Source: Candidatus Heimdallarchaeota archaeon (lineage in GTDB: Archaea > Asgardarchaeota > Heimdallarchaeia > JABLTI01). From it: DNA of 26,377 nucleotides. The stretch lies in assembly GCA_030614005.1 (NCBI GenBank), contig JAUWKS010000045.1, forward strand, positions 1-26,377, in the 5' to 3' direction. Below the pieces are notes generated by a model. That model was given only the letters and a program-made list of their open reading frames with translations, did no database searches and was not told where the DNA came from. Shown here piece after piece: positions 15,945 through 24,169 of this stretch; within the stretch, counting starts at the first letter, position 1; every line of letters begins with the position of its first letter. The translations under genes and the position numbers were made by a program.

Positions 15945-18149
15945 TTAGAAAGAAAAGAATTTCTTTTTCTTTTCTTCAGCTAGTGCTATTACATTCAAAG
16001 TGATTCCAAAATTCAATATACTTATTGACTGAACACTATTTATTATTGTAACAGTGTTTATTCCGAGTTGTTTTGGTGAATTTTTATAGATAGTAAAAAC
16101 ATCACTTTGAGATGGGTTACTTGAGATATGCAAGTCAAATGTTGTATTTGTTATCCATGAAATAGCATTGTACAGAAATTCTAGATTTTCTGTCGCTTCG
16201 TATTTATTATTTATGCCCCAATTATCGATCATGAAATTTGATCCAGAAATTAATACTCTTCCGGAACTGTAGAGAGAAGTATTAAATCCCGCTAATACTG
16301 GTCGTAAAGTACTGAATGCGTCATTACCCCAAGCAATTTCCTGTGCATTATCTCCAGTAATATTCAATATTGCTCCATAATAGTCAATACTTGTAATTCC
16401 TGCTGTGACAGGGTGATTTTGCAAAAAGTTTGTTATTTCAACTACATCATAGTTCCCATCACTAGGATCTACTTCTAATGAAGGAATACTAAATTCAGTT
16501 GCAGTAATATTGAAATTTTGTAATAAGCGGTTAGTTTCAGTGAGGTTGGATGAGTCATCATCTGTTGTTAATACAAATAAGCCATTTCCATCGTTAACAA
16601 AGTCCACTAATGCAGTAATAGTATCATTAGAAAATGGTCTATAGAAATTTTCGATTTGATTGGTTGAATTAAAGCGTAAACCATAGGAATTTGGATCAGG
16701 TAATATCACAGCATCATAGCTACTTAAATCAGTATAATTTTCAGGAGATCCAAGTTCAATTAATGCTATTGATTCATCAGCGAGATAATCTCTCATTTCA
16801 AGGAATTGACCTAATAGATGATCTATACTCCATAAGGAATGGTAAACATCAAATCCGATACGCACTACTGGTTCCAGTACTTCTACGGAAATGTTTAGAT
16901 GTATAATTTCATCATATTGACTTTCAAATCTTATTTGCTCAAAATAATTGTCAGTTGGAGTGAAATCGGAAGGGACGTCAATATAACAATCTAGAATACC
17001 AGATTGATTATTTGTAAAAGTGCTTGCAATCGATAATATTGATTCACTGGGTGTGATAATATTAGAAGTAATTGTGTAAACCATTTCTTGTGAGGAAATT
17101 ACTGTTAATGGGAAAGACCAGATGTCTTCTTGAAAAACTTTAGAGATACCAAAGGGTAACTCCCCAGGTAAAATGTATGAAAGAATAGGTACATCATTTA
17201 CTTTCGTTGCATCAGTAATTAATTTTTTAGCTCCCTCAACACTTGGAAAACCCGCGCCACCATATTGTGCGAGATACTCAGCATTAGCATCAGCACTTCG
17301 CATTAAAGCAGCTTTAAGTAATCCTGGTGATGAAACATATCCTTGCTCCCTACACCAAGAAAGTAGCAGGGCGGCTTTAGCAGCAATTTTTGGTGCTGCA
17401 AAACTTGTTCCAAGAACATTCAAAGCAAAACCGGAATCAAGCAAATCGGGTTTTATTCGGTGATCTTTTAGAGGTCCTAAACTACTGTAATAAGAAACAC
17501 CAAGATAATCAACAGCACCAACGGATATAGCTTGTAACGCATCTGCTGGACCATTAATCGAAGAGAGTGAGTACCGTAAATCATCTCCACTGTTCCCAGC
17601 TGAAACAACTGTTAATACACCTTTTTCTAGGGTTGCTCGATTAATAGCTTCAACAATAGTATCATTGTACAATATCTCTCCACCAAGAGAAATATTAACG
17701 ATATCAGCTTCAGCTTCATCTACAGCCCACAGAAAAGCAGCTAATAATGCTTCATAGCTTGCGGAGCCATCGGAATCTACACATCTACCAATGATTAACT
17801 CCGATTCTGGTGCAATTCCATCTGCTTTGCCTGCAATTGTTAATGCAATAACGGTTCCATGTTGAACATCTGTATCATCAACAATAGTGTAATTTTTATC
17901 AAAACCATATTCCGTTGTTGCGAAATTCTTCGTTAAAATTACCCTATCACCTAAATGGTTTGAGATTTTATAGCCAGCTATTTTTGCATCCATATTTATA
18001 CCTGTATCTAAAATAGCTATTTTAACACCTTTTCCTCCGGATCCTTGTGGAATATAAAACGTTAGAAACAATATCCCGCTTGCTGAGATCACCAAAAAGA
18101 TAATTACAATTGTCCATAAAGTAGTATTATATCGTTGCTTGCTTGCCAT
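15945..18149 (-). CDS. Membrane-anchored S8 (subtilisin-like) serine protease with C-terminal GATase-like/DUF4350-type domain; Site-1-protease-like architecture
   Basis: Triad D48 (ILDTG), H97 (QHGT), S249 (GTSFAAP), oxyanion N186 (SAGNSG). N-terminal TM helix at about residues 11-32. C-terminal domain begins RIGFDVYH. SD GAGGT. Confidence 0.9.
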   Translation of the reverse strand: MASKQRYNTTLWTIVIIFLVISASGILFLTFYIPQGSGGKGVKIAILDTGINMDAKIAGYKISNHLGDRVILTKNFATTEYGFDKNYTIVDDTDVQHGTVIALTIAGKADGIAPESELIIGRCVDSDGSASYEALLAAFLWAVDEAEADIVNISLGGEILYNDTIVEAINRATLEKGVLTVVSAGNSGDDLRYSLSSINGPADALQAISVGAVDYLGVSYYSSLGPLKDHRIKPDLLDSGFALNVLGTSFAAPKIAAKAALLLSWCREQGYVSSPGLLKAALMRSADANAEYLAQYGGAGFPSVEGAKKLITDATKVNDVPILSYILPGELPFGISKVFQEDIWSFPLTVISSQEMVYTITSNIITPSESILSIASTFTNNQSGILDCYIDVPSDFTPTDNYFEQIRFESQYDEIIHLNISVEVLEPVVRIGFDVYHSLWSIDHLLGQFLEMRDYLADESIALIELGSPENYTDLSSYDAVILPDPNSYGLRFNSTNQIENFYRPFSNDTITALVDFVNDGNGLFVLTTDDDSSNLTETNRLLQNFNITATEFSIPSLEVDPSDGNYDVVEITNFLQNHPVTAGITSIDYYGAILNITGDNAQEIAWGNDAFSTLRPVLAGFNTSLYSSGRVLISGSNFMIDNWGINNKYEATENLEFLYNAISWITNTTFDLHISSNPSQSDVFTIYKNSPKQLGINTVTIINSVQSISILNFGITLNVIALAEEKKKKFFSF

Positions 18150-18270
18150 AGAATTACAACCTCAGATTAAAGCAATAATAGCTTTTGTGCTTTAAAAGAT
18201 TTAATATTAAGATGATGTACGAACTATCATTAAAAACTATTGAAAGAATCACAAATTCGAGGAGAAAACT

Positions 18271-18717
18271 ATGAAAAATGAATTTAAAGTGAATCCTATT
18301 GGTTATATACGGAAAAGTGAAACTAAAACTTGGATTGAAATTACCAAAGAATATCAACCTGGTTTGCTAAATCTGAGTAAATTTTCACATTTAATTACTA
18401 TCTGGTGGATAGAAGGGAAGGATACAAAAGAAGACAGAGCTAGACTTCAAGTTCACCCTTGCGTTGATGGAAATAGAGAGAACTCACCTCTTACTGGAGT
18501 TTTTGCTTGTCGAGCACCAATGCGACCTAATCCTATTGGTTTGACCATAGTGAAAATTTTAGCGGTGGAAGAAAATAAAGTCTACATTGATAGGTCAGAC
18601 GCATTCCACAATACTCCAGTTATCGATCTTAAGCCTTACATACCAAAATCTGATTGTATTCTCAATGCAATATTACCCGATTTTATGGAGGCAATTGCTT
18701 ATCCAAAAAAGCAGTGA
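18271..18717 (+). CDS. trmO: tRNA (N6-threonylcarbamoyladenosine(37)-N6)-methyltransferase TrmO/TsaA, single-domain archaeal form
   Basis: PIGYI, GLLNLSKFSHL, GVFACRAPMRPNPIGLT, DAFHNTPVIDLKPY. Confidence 0.9.
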   Translation: MKNEFKVNPIGYIRKSETKTWIEITKEYQPGLLNLSKFSHLITIWWIEGKDTKEDRARLQVHPCVDGNRENSPLTGVFACRAPMRPNPIGLTIVKILAVEENKVYIDRSDAFHNTPVIDLKPYIPKSDCILNAILPDFMEAIAYPKKQ

Positions 18718-18733
18718 AAAGAAAAGAATTTTT

Positions 18734-18755
18734 TGCTTCCTGAAATAGGGAAGCA
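18734..18755. terminator. Hairpin between convergent trmO and leuS
   Basis: TGCTTCC-TGAAATAG-GGAAGCA. On the minus strand it is followed by TTCTTTTCTTTT. Confidence 0.45.
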
Positions 18756-18768
18756 GTTGGATTCTTCC

Positions 18769-21621
18769 TTAGGAAAAGTCAATAGCAATACCAGGACGAC
18801 CTGGTTCTGCCACATTTGCCTTAGGATGAGTTGATTTCGATGAGTAAGTAACTTGGAATTCCTTAATCTTGTATTCATTCTTAAAGTAATCAATAGCATC
18901 TGTGATAGCAGCAAATTCTGATTTGGTGTTCAATGTTGAATCGATTCCAGGATGTTTAGTTAATTTTTGAGCATATTTGACAGCTTTGTTACCGTTTTTC
19001 TTAATGTCATCATGTTCCATAATTGCTTTGATTAAATTTTCTGGTTTTCCACGTCGGATTTTCAATATTTTATTCATCCATTCTGGAGCAATGAATATTT
19101 CAATCTTTGATGGATTCTTCTGCTCTTGTTTCTTGATTGCGCTAAAGATGCCTTCGATATCTTCTTTGACATTTTTAACCAATTGCTCCTCTTGCTCCAA
19201 TTTGTTTTTGATGCGCTTTTTATCTGCTTTGGGGAAAGGTCGAAATGATGCAAAACCAGACTTTTGTTTCCTAACAATTTCATTCACTTCTTCTGCAAAA
19301 TGAGGTATAATAGGAGTCATTAAATCAACTAATGTCAATAATGCTTCTCTATAACCAGGACCTTTAACATTTACAGATCTCGCCTCATACCATTTCAAAT
19401 CGTTTAGTATATCGAAGAATCCTGAACCAACAGCACTTCTTGTGCGAACGTTTTGATAGTGTTCTGTTGTTTCAAGTATTTTCTTTTGCAAGCGGCTGAT
19501 AATCCATTGATCAATTTTCTTTTCTTCATCAGAGAAATTTGTCGAAGAAATTTCGTTGAACAATGTCTTCATTTTTCGACCAGCTGCTTCTGCATCTGCA
19601 AATCGGAAACTTGCATCAGCATATCCTTCACCACAATAAGCCAAACCAAATCGTGTTGCATCTGCACCAAATTTCTCTATTAGTGCTTTGAGGGTTACAG
19701 AGTTACCTCCACTTTTACTCATTTTGTCGCCTTCAATCAATATCATCCCATTTGCTTCAATTTCTAATGGATAGTGATTCTTGGGGAATAATGCCAAATG
19801 TTGAAAGATATAGAAAGTGAAATGATTAAAGATCAATTCTTTTGCACTTGCACGGAAATCAGGAGGATAGAAATAATCAAACTCTTCTTTCATTTCTTCA
19901 ATCATTTCTTTGGCTAAACCAGAGCTCTCGATTGCTTCTTCAATCGTTGCTTTATTTCTGAAAAGATAATCAAACAATTCGTTTGGCAATTGTTCTGGTT
20001 TGATATCATTTTCATTAATAATTCTTGCAATTGTATAATATGCCATATACACTGTACTATCTGATAATGTTTCCACTAACCATTCTTTATCCCATGGTAA
20101 AGGAGTACCCAGGCCACTTTTACGTGCACATGCTTTATCTCGCAACCAATTGATCGTATATACAAAAGCTTGCTTTGCTTCTGGAGGATAAATAGTCATC
20201 TTTTTGTTCAGATGATTCATAGCTATCTTTTTCCACTTCTGGTCTCCATAGGTAATAAACCACTGATCTTTCAAGATTTTAACATGGTTTTTGGTTGAAC
20301 ATCGACAGATAACAGGTTCAGCTGGTTCTAACAATAAAGAAGTAATTTTATCAGCTTTGAGATCTTTTATTAGAATATCTTTGATATCGCTAACTTTGGT
20401 TTTGGCATATTTACCGCAATTTTCACGCATTGCTCCTTTATGGAATTCTTCTTTGTAAATTGTTTGAGTGGCTTCTTCGGTTTTAGGATCATCTTGTGAT
20501 TCAATGCCCATTGCTTCGATAATATCTTTTGCAGGATGATCGCCTAAACCATCTGTTTTTATCATTGAAATTAAATCAATATCATCTGCAAAATCATCAG
20601 GTAAGCCATATTTTGTTAACATATCAGAATTGTTTTTCAAATCTCTCAAGGCAACAAAATCAAAAGGCGCATGGCTTGGAACACTCATAACCACACCAGT
20701 GGTATGGTCAACTGCCACGAAAGTAGCGGGTAATATTTTCACATCTTCTTCTCGTACAGGAGTGTGACAAGATTTACCAATGATTTCAATACCTTTGAAT
20801 TTACGAATTACTTTGACATTGTGTAGTTGATCCTTTAATTTGATGATTGCAGGTTCACTTACAAACCATTTTTCCCCATCTACTTCAGCTTCTACATAGT
20901 CACCATCAGGATGAATCCACATATTTGTGACACCAAAAATGGTCTCAGGACGTAAGGTTGCTGGTACTAAATATCCACCTTCAAATGGGAATTTTATAAC
21001 AATAAATTCTGTAGGAGATACTCCTTCACCTTTTAATCGATCATGATCTCCAGTTGGGCTCTGACAATGAGGGCACCAAATAACAGGGTGAGTGCCTTTC
21101 TTAACGTAACCCAAGTCTTTCAAAGTTTCATATTGCCATTCAATAAACCTACTAAATGGCGGGCAGAGAGGAGTGGTAACAAATTCTCTACGCCAATCTA
21201 CGCTTGCCCCTAAAAGAATGAAATCTCTTTTAGCATGCTTTTTATAATAATTAGATATGTGTAGTGGATCAGTGAATTTATCTAATTCTTTATCTGTAAT
21301 ACCACTTTGACGCAAGATTCGTTTTTGGACTTCATCGCCTTTTTTCAATCGTTCGGCTACGCCCTGGATTGGTTGACCAGTTGCATGCCAACCTTGTGGA
21401 AAGACTACATTGAAACCAAGCATACGTTTGAAGCGTGCATAAGAATCGACTTTCATTGTAGTATATCCATGTCCAGCATGGATGCTACCATTAAGATAAG
21501 CGATCGGAAATGTAGTCATAAATTTCTTCTTAGAATGATCAACATTTGATTCGAAAGCTTTTGCATCTGCCCATCGTTGTTGCCATTTTGGCTCCACTTT
21601 GCTTGGATCGTATTCACTCAT
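18769..21621 (-). CDS. leuS: Leucyl-tRNA synthetase, archaeal/eukaryal type
   Basis: HIGH-like YLNGSIHAGH, KMSKS, editing domain ATLRPET and TGVVMSVPSHAPFD, SLSDSTIY-like TLSDSTVYMAYY. ATG 21621 follows GGAGG. Confidence 0.97.
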   Translation of the reverse strand: MSEYDPSKVEPKWQQRWADAKAFESNVDHSKKKFMTTFPIAYLNGSIHAGHGYTTMKVDSYARFKRMLGFNVVFPQGWHATGQPIQGVAERLKKGDEVQKRILRQSGITDKELDKFTDPLHISNYYKKHAKRDFILLGASVDWRREFVTTPLCPPFSRFIEWQYETLKDLGYVKKGTHPVIWCPHCQSPTGDHDRLKGEGVSPTEFIVIKFPFEGGYLVPATLRPETIFGVTNMWIHPDGDYVEAEVDGEKWFVSEPAIIKLKDQLHNVKVIRKFKGIEIIGKSCHTPVREEDVKILPATFVAVDHTTGVVMSVPSHAPFDFVALRDLKNNSDMLTKYGLPDDFADDIDLISMIKTDGLGDHPAKDIIEAMGIESQDDPKTEEATQTIYKEEFHKGAMRENCGKYAKTKVSDIKDILIKDLKADKITSLLLEPAEPVICRCSTKNHVKILKDQWFITYGDQKWKKIAMNHLNKKMTIYPPEAKQAFVYTINWLRDKACARKSGLGTPLPWDKEWLVETLSDSTVYMAYYTIARIINENDIKPEQLPNELFDYLFRNKATIEEAIESSGLAKEMIEEMKEEFDYFYPPDFRASAKELIFNHFTFYIFQHLALFPKNHYPLEIEANGMILIEGDKMSKSGGNSVTLKALIEKFGADATRFGLAYCGEGYADASFRFADAEAAGRKMKTLFNEISSTNFSDEEKKIDQWIISRLQKKILETTEHYQNVRTRSAVGSGFFDILNDLKWYEARSVNVKGPGYREALLTLVDLMTPIIPHFAEEVNEIVRKQKSGFASFRPFPKADKKRIKNKLEQEEQLVKNVKEDIEGIFSAIKKQEQKNPSKIEIFIAPEWMNKILKIRRGKPENLIKAIMEHDDIKKNGNKAVKYAQKLTKHPGIDSTLNTKSEFAAITDAIDYFKNEYKIKEFQVTYSSKSTHPKANVAEPGRPGIAIDFS

Positions 21622-21919
21622 TGTTCTTTTTGCCTCCAACAATAATTATTTCACAAACGCCTATATTTGTGATACATTCTGAGACACCAATGCCAGAACA
21701 GCATTTAGATAGTTTAAAACTCTTATTATTATTAGAGCTAACTGCATAGCTAAAAATAGCTTTGACTATTTCTCTGCACTGGTCGCTACCACTGATTCTC
21801 ATAATAATTCTTTCAGTGTTATACTTCATAAAAGAGTAAGAAATTCTTCGAGCAAAATTGCCTTCTTTCCAGTGAGAACTCATTTGAGAAGTAAAATCTC
21901 TACCAGTTAAGAAGAACAC
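21614..21919 (-). CDS. Small hypothetical protein (101 aa), possible Alba/SpoVS-like alpha/beta fold
   Basis: Fills the gap between the leuS promoter and leuS. Its stop overlaps the leuS start (ATGAGTGA). Start codon uncertain. Confidence 0.45.
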   Translation of the reverse strand: MFFLTGRDFTSQMSSHWKEGNFARRISYSFMKYNTERIIMRISGSDQCREIVKAIFSYAVSSNNNKSFKLSKCCSGIGVSECITNIGVCEIIIVGGKKNNE

Positions 21920-21929
21920 TATTCCTCAT
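21900..21929 (-). other. Micro-ORF MRNSVLLNW* (possible leader peptide, or frameshifted 5' end of the 101-aa gene)
   Basis: ATG AGG AAT AGT GTT CTT CTT AAC TGG TAG, preceded by SD-like GAGGA. It lies in the -1 frame relative to the 101-aa ORF. Confidence 0.3.
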
Positions 21930-21960
21930 TGTAATTCCTCTACTATTTTTGTATAACTGA

Positions 21961-21978
21961 CCTTTAAAAATATTTTTC
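21961..21978 (-). promoter_or_regulatory. Putative BRE-TATA promoter of the leuS transcription unit
   Basis: Minus strand GAAAAATA-TTTTTAAAGG, about 30-40 nt upstream of ATG 21929. Confidence 0.45.
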
Positions 21979-22034
21979 TAGTATGAATTTAATCAATTCT
22001 TAAACAGTGTAACGAATTTGTCGGTGAAGAAAAC

Positions 22035-23144
22035 GTGACTCAAGAACTCAAACAAGCAGGAGAAATAGCAAAAAGGTTAGCAAAAGAGGTCTCTGGTATT
22101 GATTTAATACTTGTCTATGGTGGCATTGCTCAAGGAAGATTTAGTAAATATTCTGACTATGATATGATTGCAATAAGCGATAAGAAGTGGGTTGTTTGGG
22201 AATTCGTTCAGGATAATCAACCAATTTGTCTTTGGCCAATGACTTGGAAGAAAGCTGAAGAGGTAGCTATGGGCAAAACAAGTTATTGGAGTGTTGCAGC
22301 AGCAGCAATCTTCGCATCCAAAGTTGTTTGGTGTAAATCAGATAAAATTTTGAAGAAATTTGAGGATTTGAAAAGATTTCTTTCTGAGGGAGGACCTCGA
22401 ACACTCAAAAAAGCTATAACAGATTATGACAAATTATACGGAAAATTATGGCGAATGCAGAAAGCTATCGAGGAAAAAAATGATTTAGACATCTCGTTTC
22501 TTAAGAATGACATTGTAAATGAACTTGCTCATATTCTTTCAGCTTTAAACAATCACTATTATCTGAATAATTTTGGCAAACAATTACTCGAGATTGAAAT
22601 ATTTGAACTTTTACCAAATGATTTTGTTGAAAATTATAAAAAATTTCTGATAGCAAAACCAGAAGATGCTTTAGTTATTGGAAGCACAATTGTTGATGAA
22701 GTAAAAATTCTCATCAGAAATTGGTTAAACGAACAAGAATTGGAACCTAACGAAAATGCTGCAGGAATTGCCAAAGAATGGCCAGGAATAATTGAATGGT
22801 TAAATAAAACTCTTTCAGCAAATGAAGAAGAAGATTTAATCGGAGGATTAATGGCTGCTAATGAAAACGCTGAATTTTACCTTTGGGCATTTCTATTATT
22901 ACAAAACAAAAAATGGCTTAGAAATGGTTTCTACTCTGTAGAAGAAGAGATGTTAAAATTATCAAAGAATATCTCAAACAATATTAGCACATTATTACAA
23001 TCACAAAATCTTGCTGAAATTAAGGATGCAGCCCAACAATTAACTGCAACATTGGAAGAAGAGTTGAGACTTAGAGGAGCAACACTCCCTATTGCAGAGT
23101 CATTAGATGAAGCTATTCAATTTATACAACAGAAGGAACTGTAA
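22035..23144 (+). CDS. Pol-beta superfamily nucleotidyltransferase, kanamycin-nucleotidyltransferase (KNTase)-like
   Basis: LVYGGIAQG...YSDYDM signature followed by two helical-bundle repeats. GTG start after GGTGA. Confidence 0.8.
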   Translation: MTQELKQAGEIAKRLAKEVSGIDLILVYGGIAQGRFSKYSDYDMIAISDKKWVVWEFVQDNQPICLWPMTWKKAEEVAMGKTSYWSVAAAAIFASKVVWCKSDKILKKFEDLKRFLSEGGPRTLKKAITDYDKLYGKLWRMQKAIEEKNDLDISFLKNDIVNELAHILSALNNHYYLNNFGKQLLEIEIFELLPNDFVENYKKFLIAKPEDALVIGSTIVDEVKILIRNWLNEQELEPNENAAGIAKEWPGIIEWLNKTLSANEEEDLIGGLMAANENAEFYLWAFLLLQNKKWLRNGFYSVEEEMLKLSKNISNNISTLLQSQNLAEIKDAAQQLTATLEEELRLRGATLPIAESLDEAIQFIQQKEL

Positions 23145-23169
23145 AAAGAGGTTCTTTCTCTCTTTTTTT
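23143..23169 (+). terminator. Putative terminator (short hairpin plus T-tract)
   Basis: AAAAAGAG...CTCTTTTT and a T7 run directly after the stop codon. Confidence 0.45.
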
Positions 23170-23256
23170 GCCTCTAAACTAGATGTTATTAAGTAAAAGT
23201 GCCTACTAAATTCTGAGCATCATTCCACTGCATCGAAAGAGGAGTCTTTATGGAAT

Positions 23257-23985
23257 ATGATTCTAGACCTGCATGTACATTCGAATACAAGTTTCGATTC
23301 TAAAATCAAAATAGGTATTCTCCTTAAAAAACTGAAAGAAATAGGTCTAGATGGCATTGCAATTACTGATCATGATTCAGTAGCAGCGATTTCAAAAGCT
23401 AAAGAATTAGCAAAAAAATACAAAGTGAAGGTTTTTACTGGAGTAGAAATTTCTACTAATAGAGGGCATTTACTGGCTTATGGTGTTGATGAAAAACCAA
23501 TCTATCGAAAATCTATTGCTGAGACCATTGATTGGATCAAGGATAGAGACGGGGCAGCAATATGTGCTCATCCATTTAGAGCTTCAGCTCCAAGTATAGG
23601 AGACCTTGTTTATGAACATCATTTTGATGGCATTGAATTAAATGGTAGAACTAAATCTACACAAAATAGGGCTGCAGAAGTAGCAGCAAAATTGATGAAA
23701 ATAACTTTAGTGGGAGGAAGTGACGCACATATTATTCAAAGAGTAGGTAAAATCAGCACTCAATTCCACAACGAATTAACAAATGATGGAGATTTAGTTT
23801 CTGCAATAAAAAAGGGCCAATGTGATGTGAAATTCAAAATACCGATTACAATTAAAGCTGAACTAATACCCGCAATTTCACCCAAGGACATCAGTATACT
23901 TGAAAAATATAAAGCAGAGAGAAAACCACTAACACCTATCATTAAAGTATCAAACGAAAAAGTAAAGTTTATTGATTCAAAATAG
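23257..23985 (+). CDS. PHP-domain metal-dependent phosphoesterase
   Basis: DLHVHS, AITDHD, GVEIST..GHLL, AHPFR, GIELNG, GGSDAH. Confidence 0.9.
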   Translation: MILDLHVHSNTSFDSKIKIGILLKKLKEIGLDGIAITDHDSVAAISKAKELAKKYKVKVFTGVEISTNRGHLLAYGVDEKPIYRKSIAETIDWIKDRDGAAICAHPFRASAPSIGDLVYEHHFDGIELNGRTKSTQNRAAEVAAKLMKITLVGGSDAHIIQRVGKISTQFHNELTNDGDLVSAIKKGQCDVKFKIPITIKAELIPAISPKDISILEKYKAERKPLTPIIKVSNEKVKFIDSK

Positions 23986-24061
23986 GATTACTATTAAACA
24001 CAAAGTACTCACTATTAAATTGTAGAAATAAAATAACACTTCGAATTAAAAATCACTTTTT

Positions 24062-24077
24062 GCGAAAGCTTTAAAGG
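24062..24077 (+). promoter_or_regulatory. Orphan canonical BRE-TATA element
   Basis: GCGAAAGC-TTTAAAGG, with no supported + strand gene downstream. Confidence 0.4.
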
Positions 24078-24169
24078 TAAAAAATCTCGAAAAAGATAAG
24101 TGTGCAACAAAGCACCGATAGTCTTATTTCTACTTTTATCAAGATAATTTTCTTTAACATAGAAATAGA

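Noticed and set aside
10523-18149. A unified UPR-like system (IRE1-like TM-HEPN plus S1P-like protease plus ESCRT)
   Set aside because: The genes are on different strands and transcription units, separated by glycerate kinase. The HEPN protein has no kinase domain, and no S2P or tethered transcription factor is present. Proximity alone is insufficient.
15949-18731. Exact 14-bp direct repeat AAAGAAAAGAATTT at two convergent gene junctions (15949-15962, 18718-18731)
   Set aside because: It is low-complexity, several 14-mer repeats are expected by chance in 26 kb at this AT content, and it is explained by pyrimidine-tract terminators on the minus strand.
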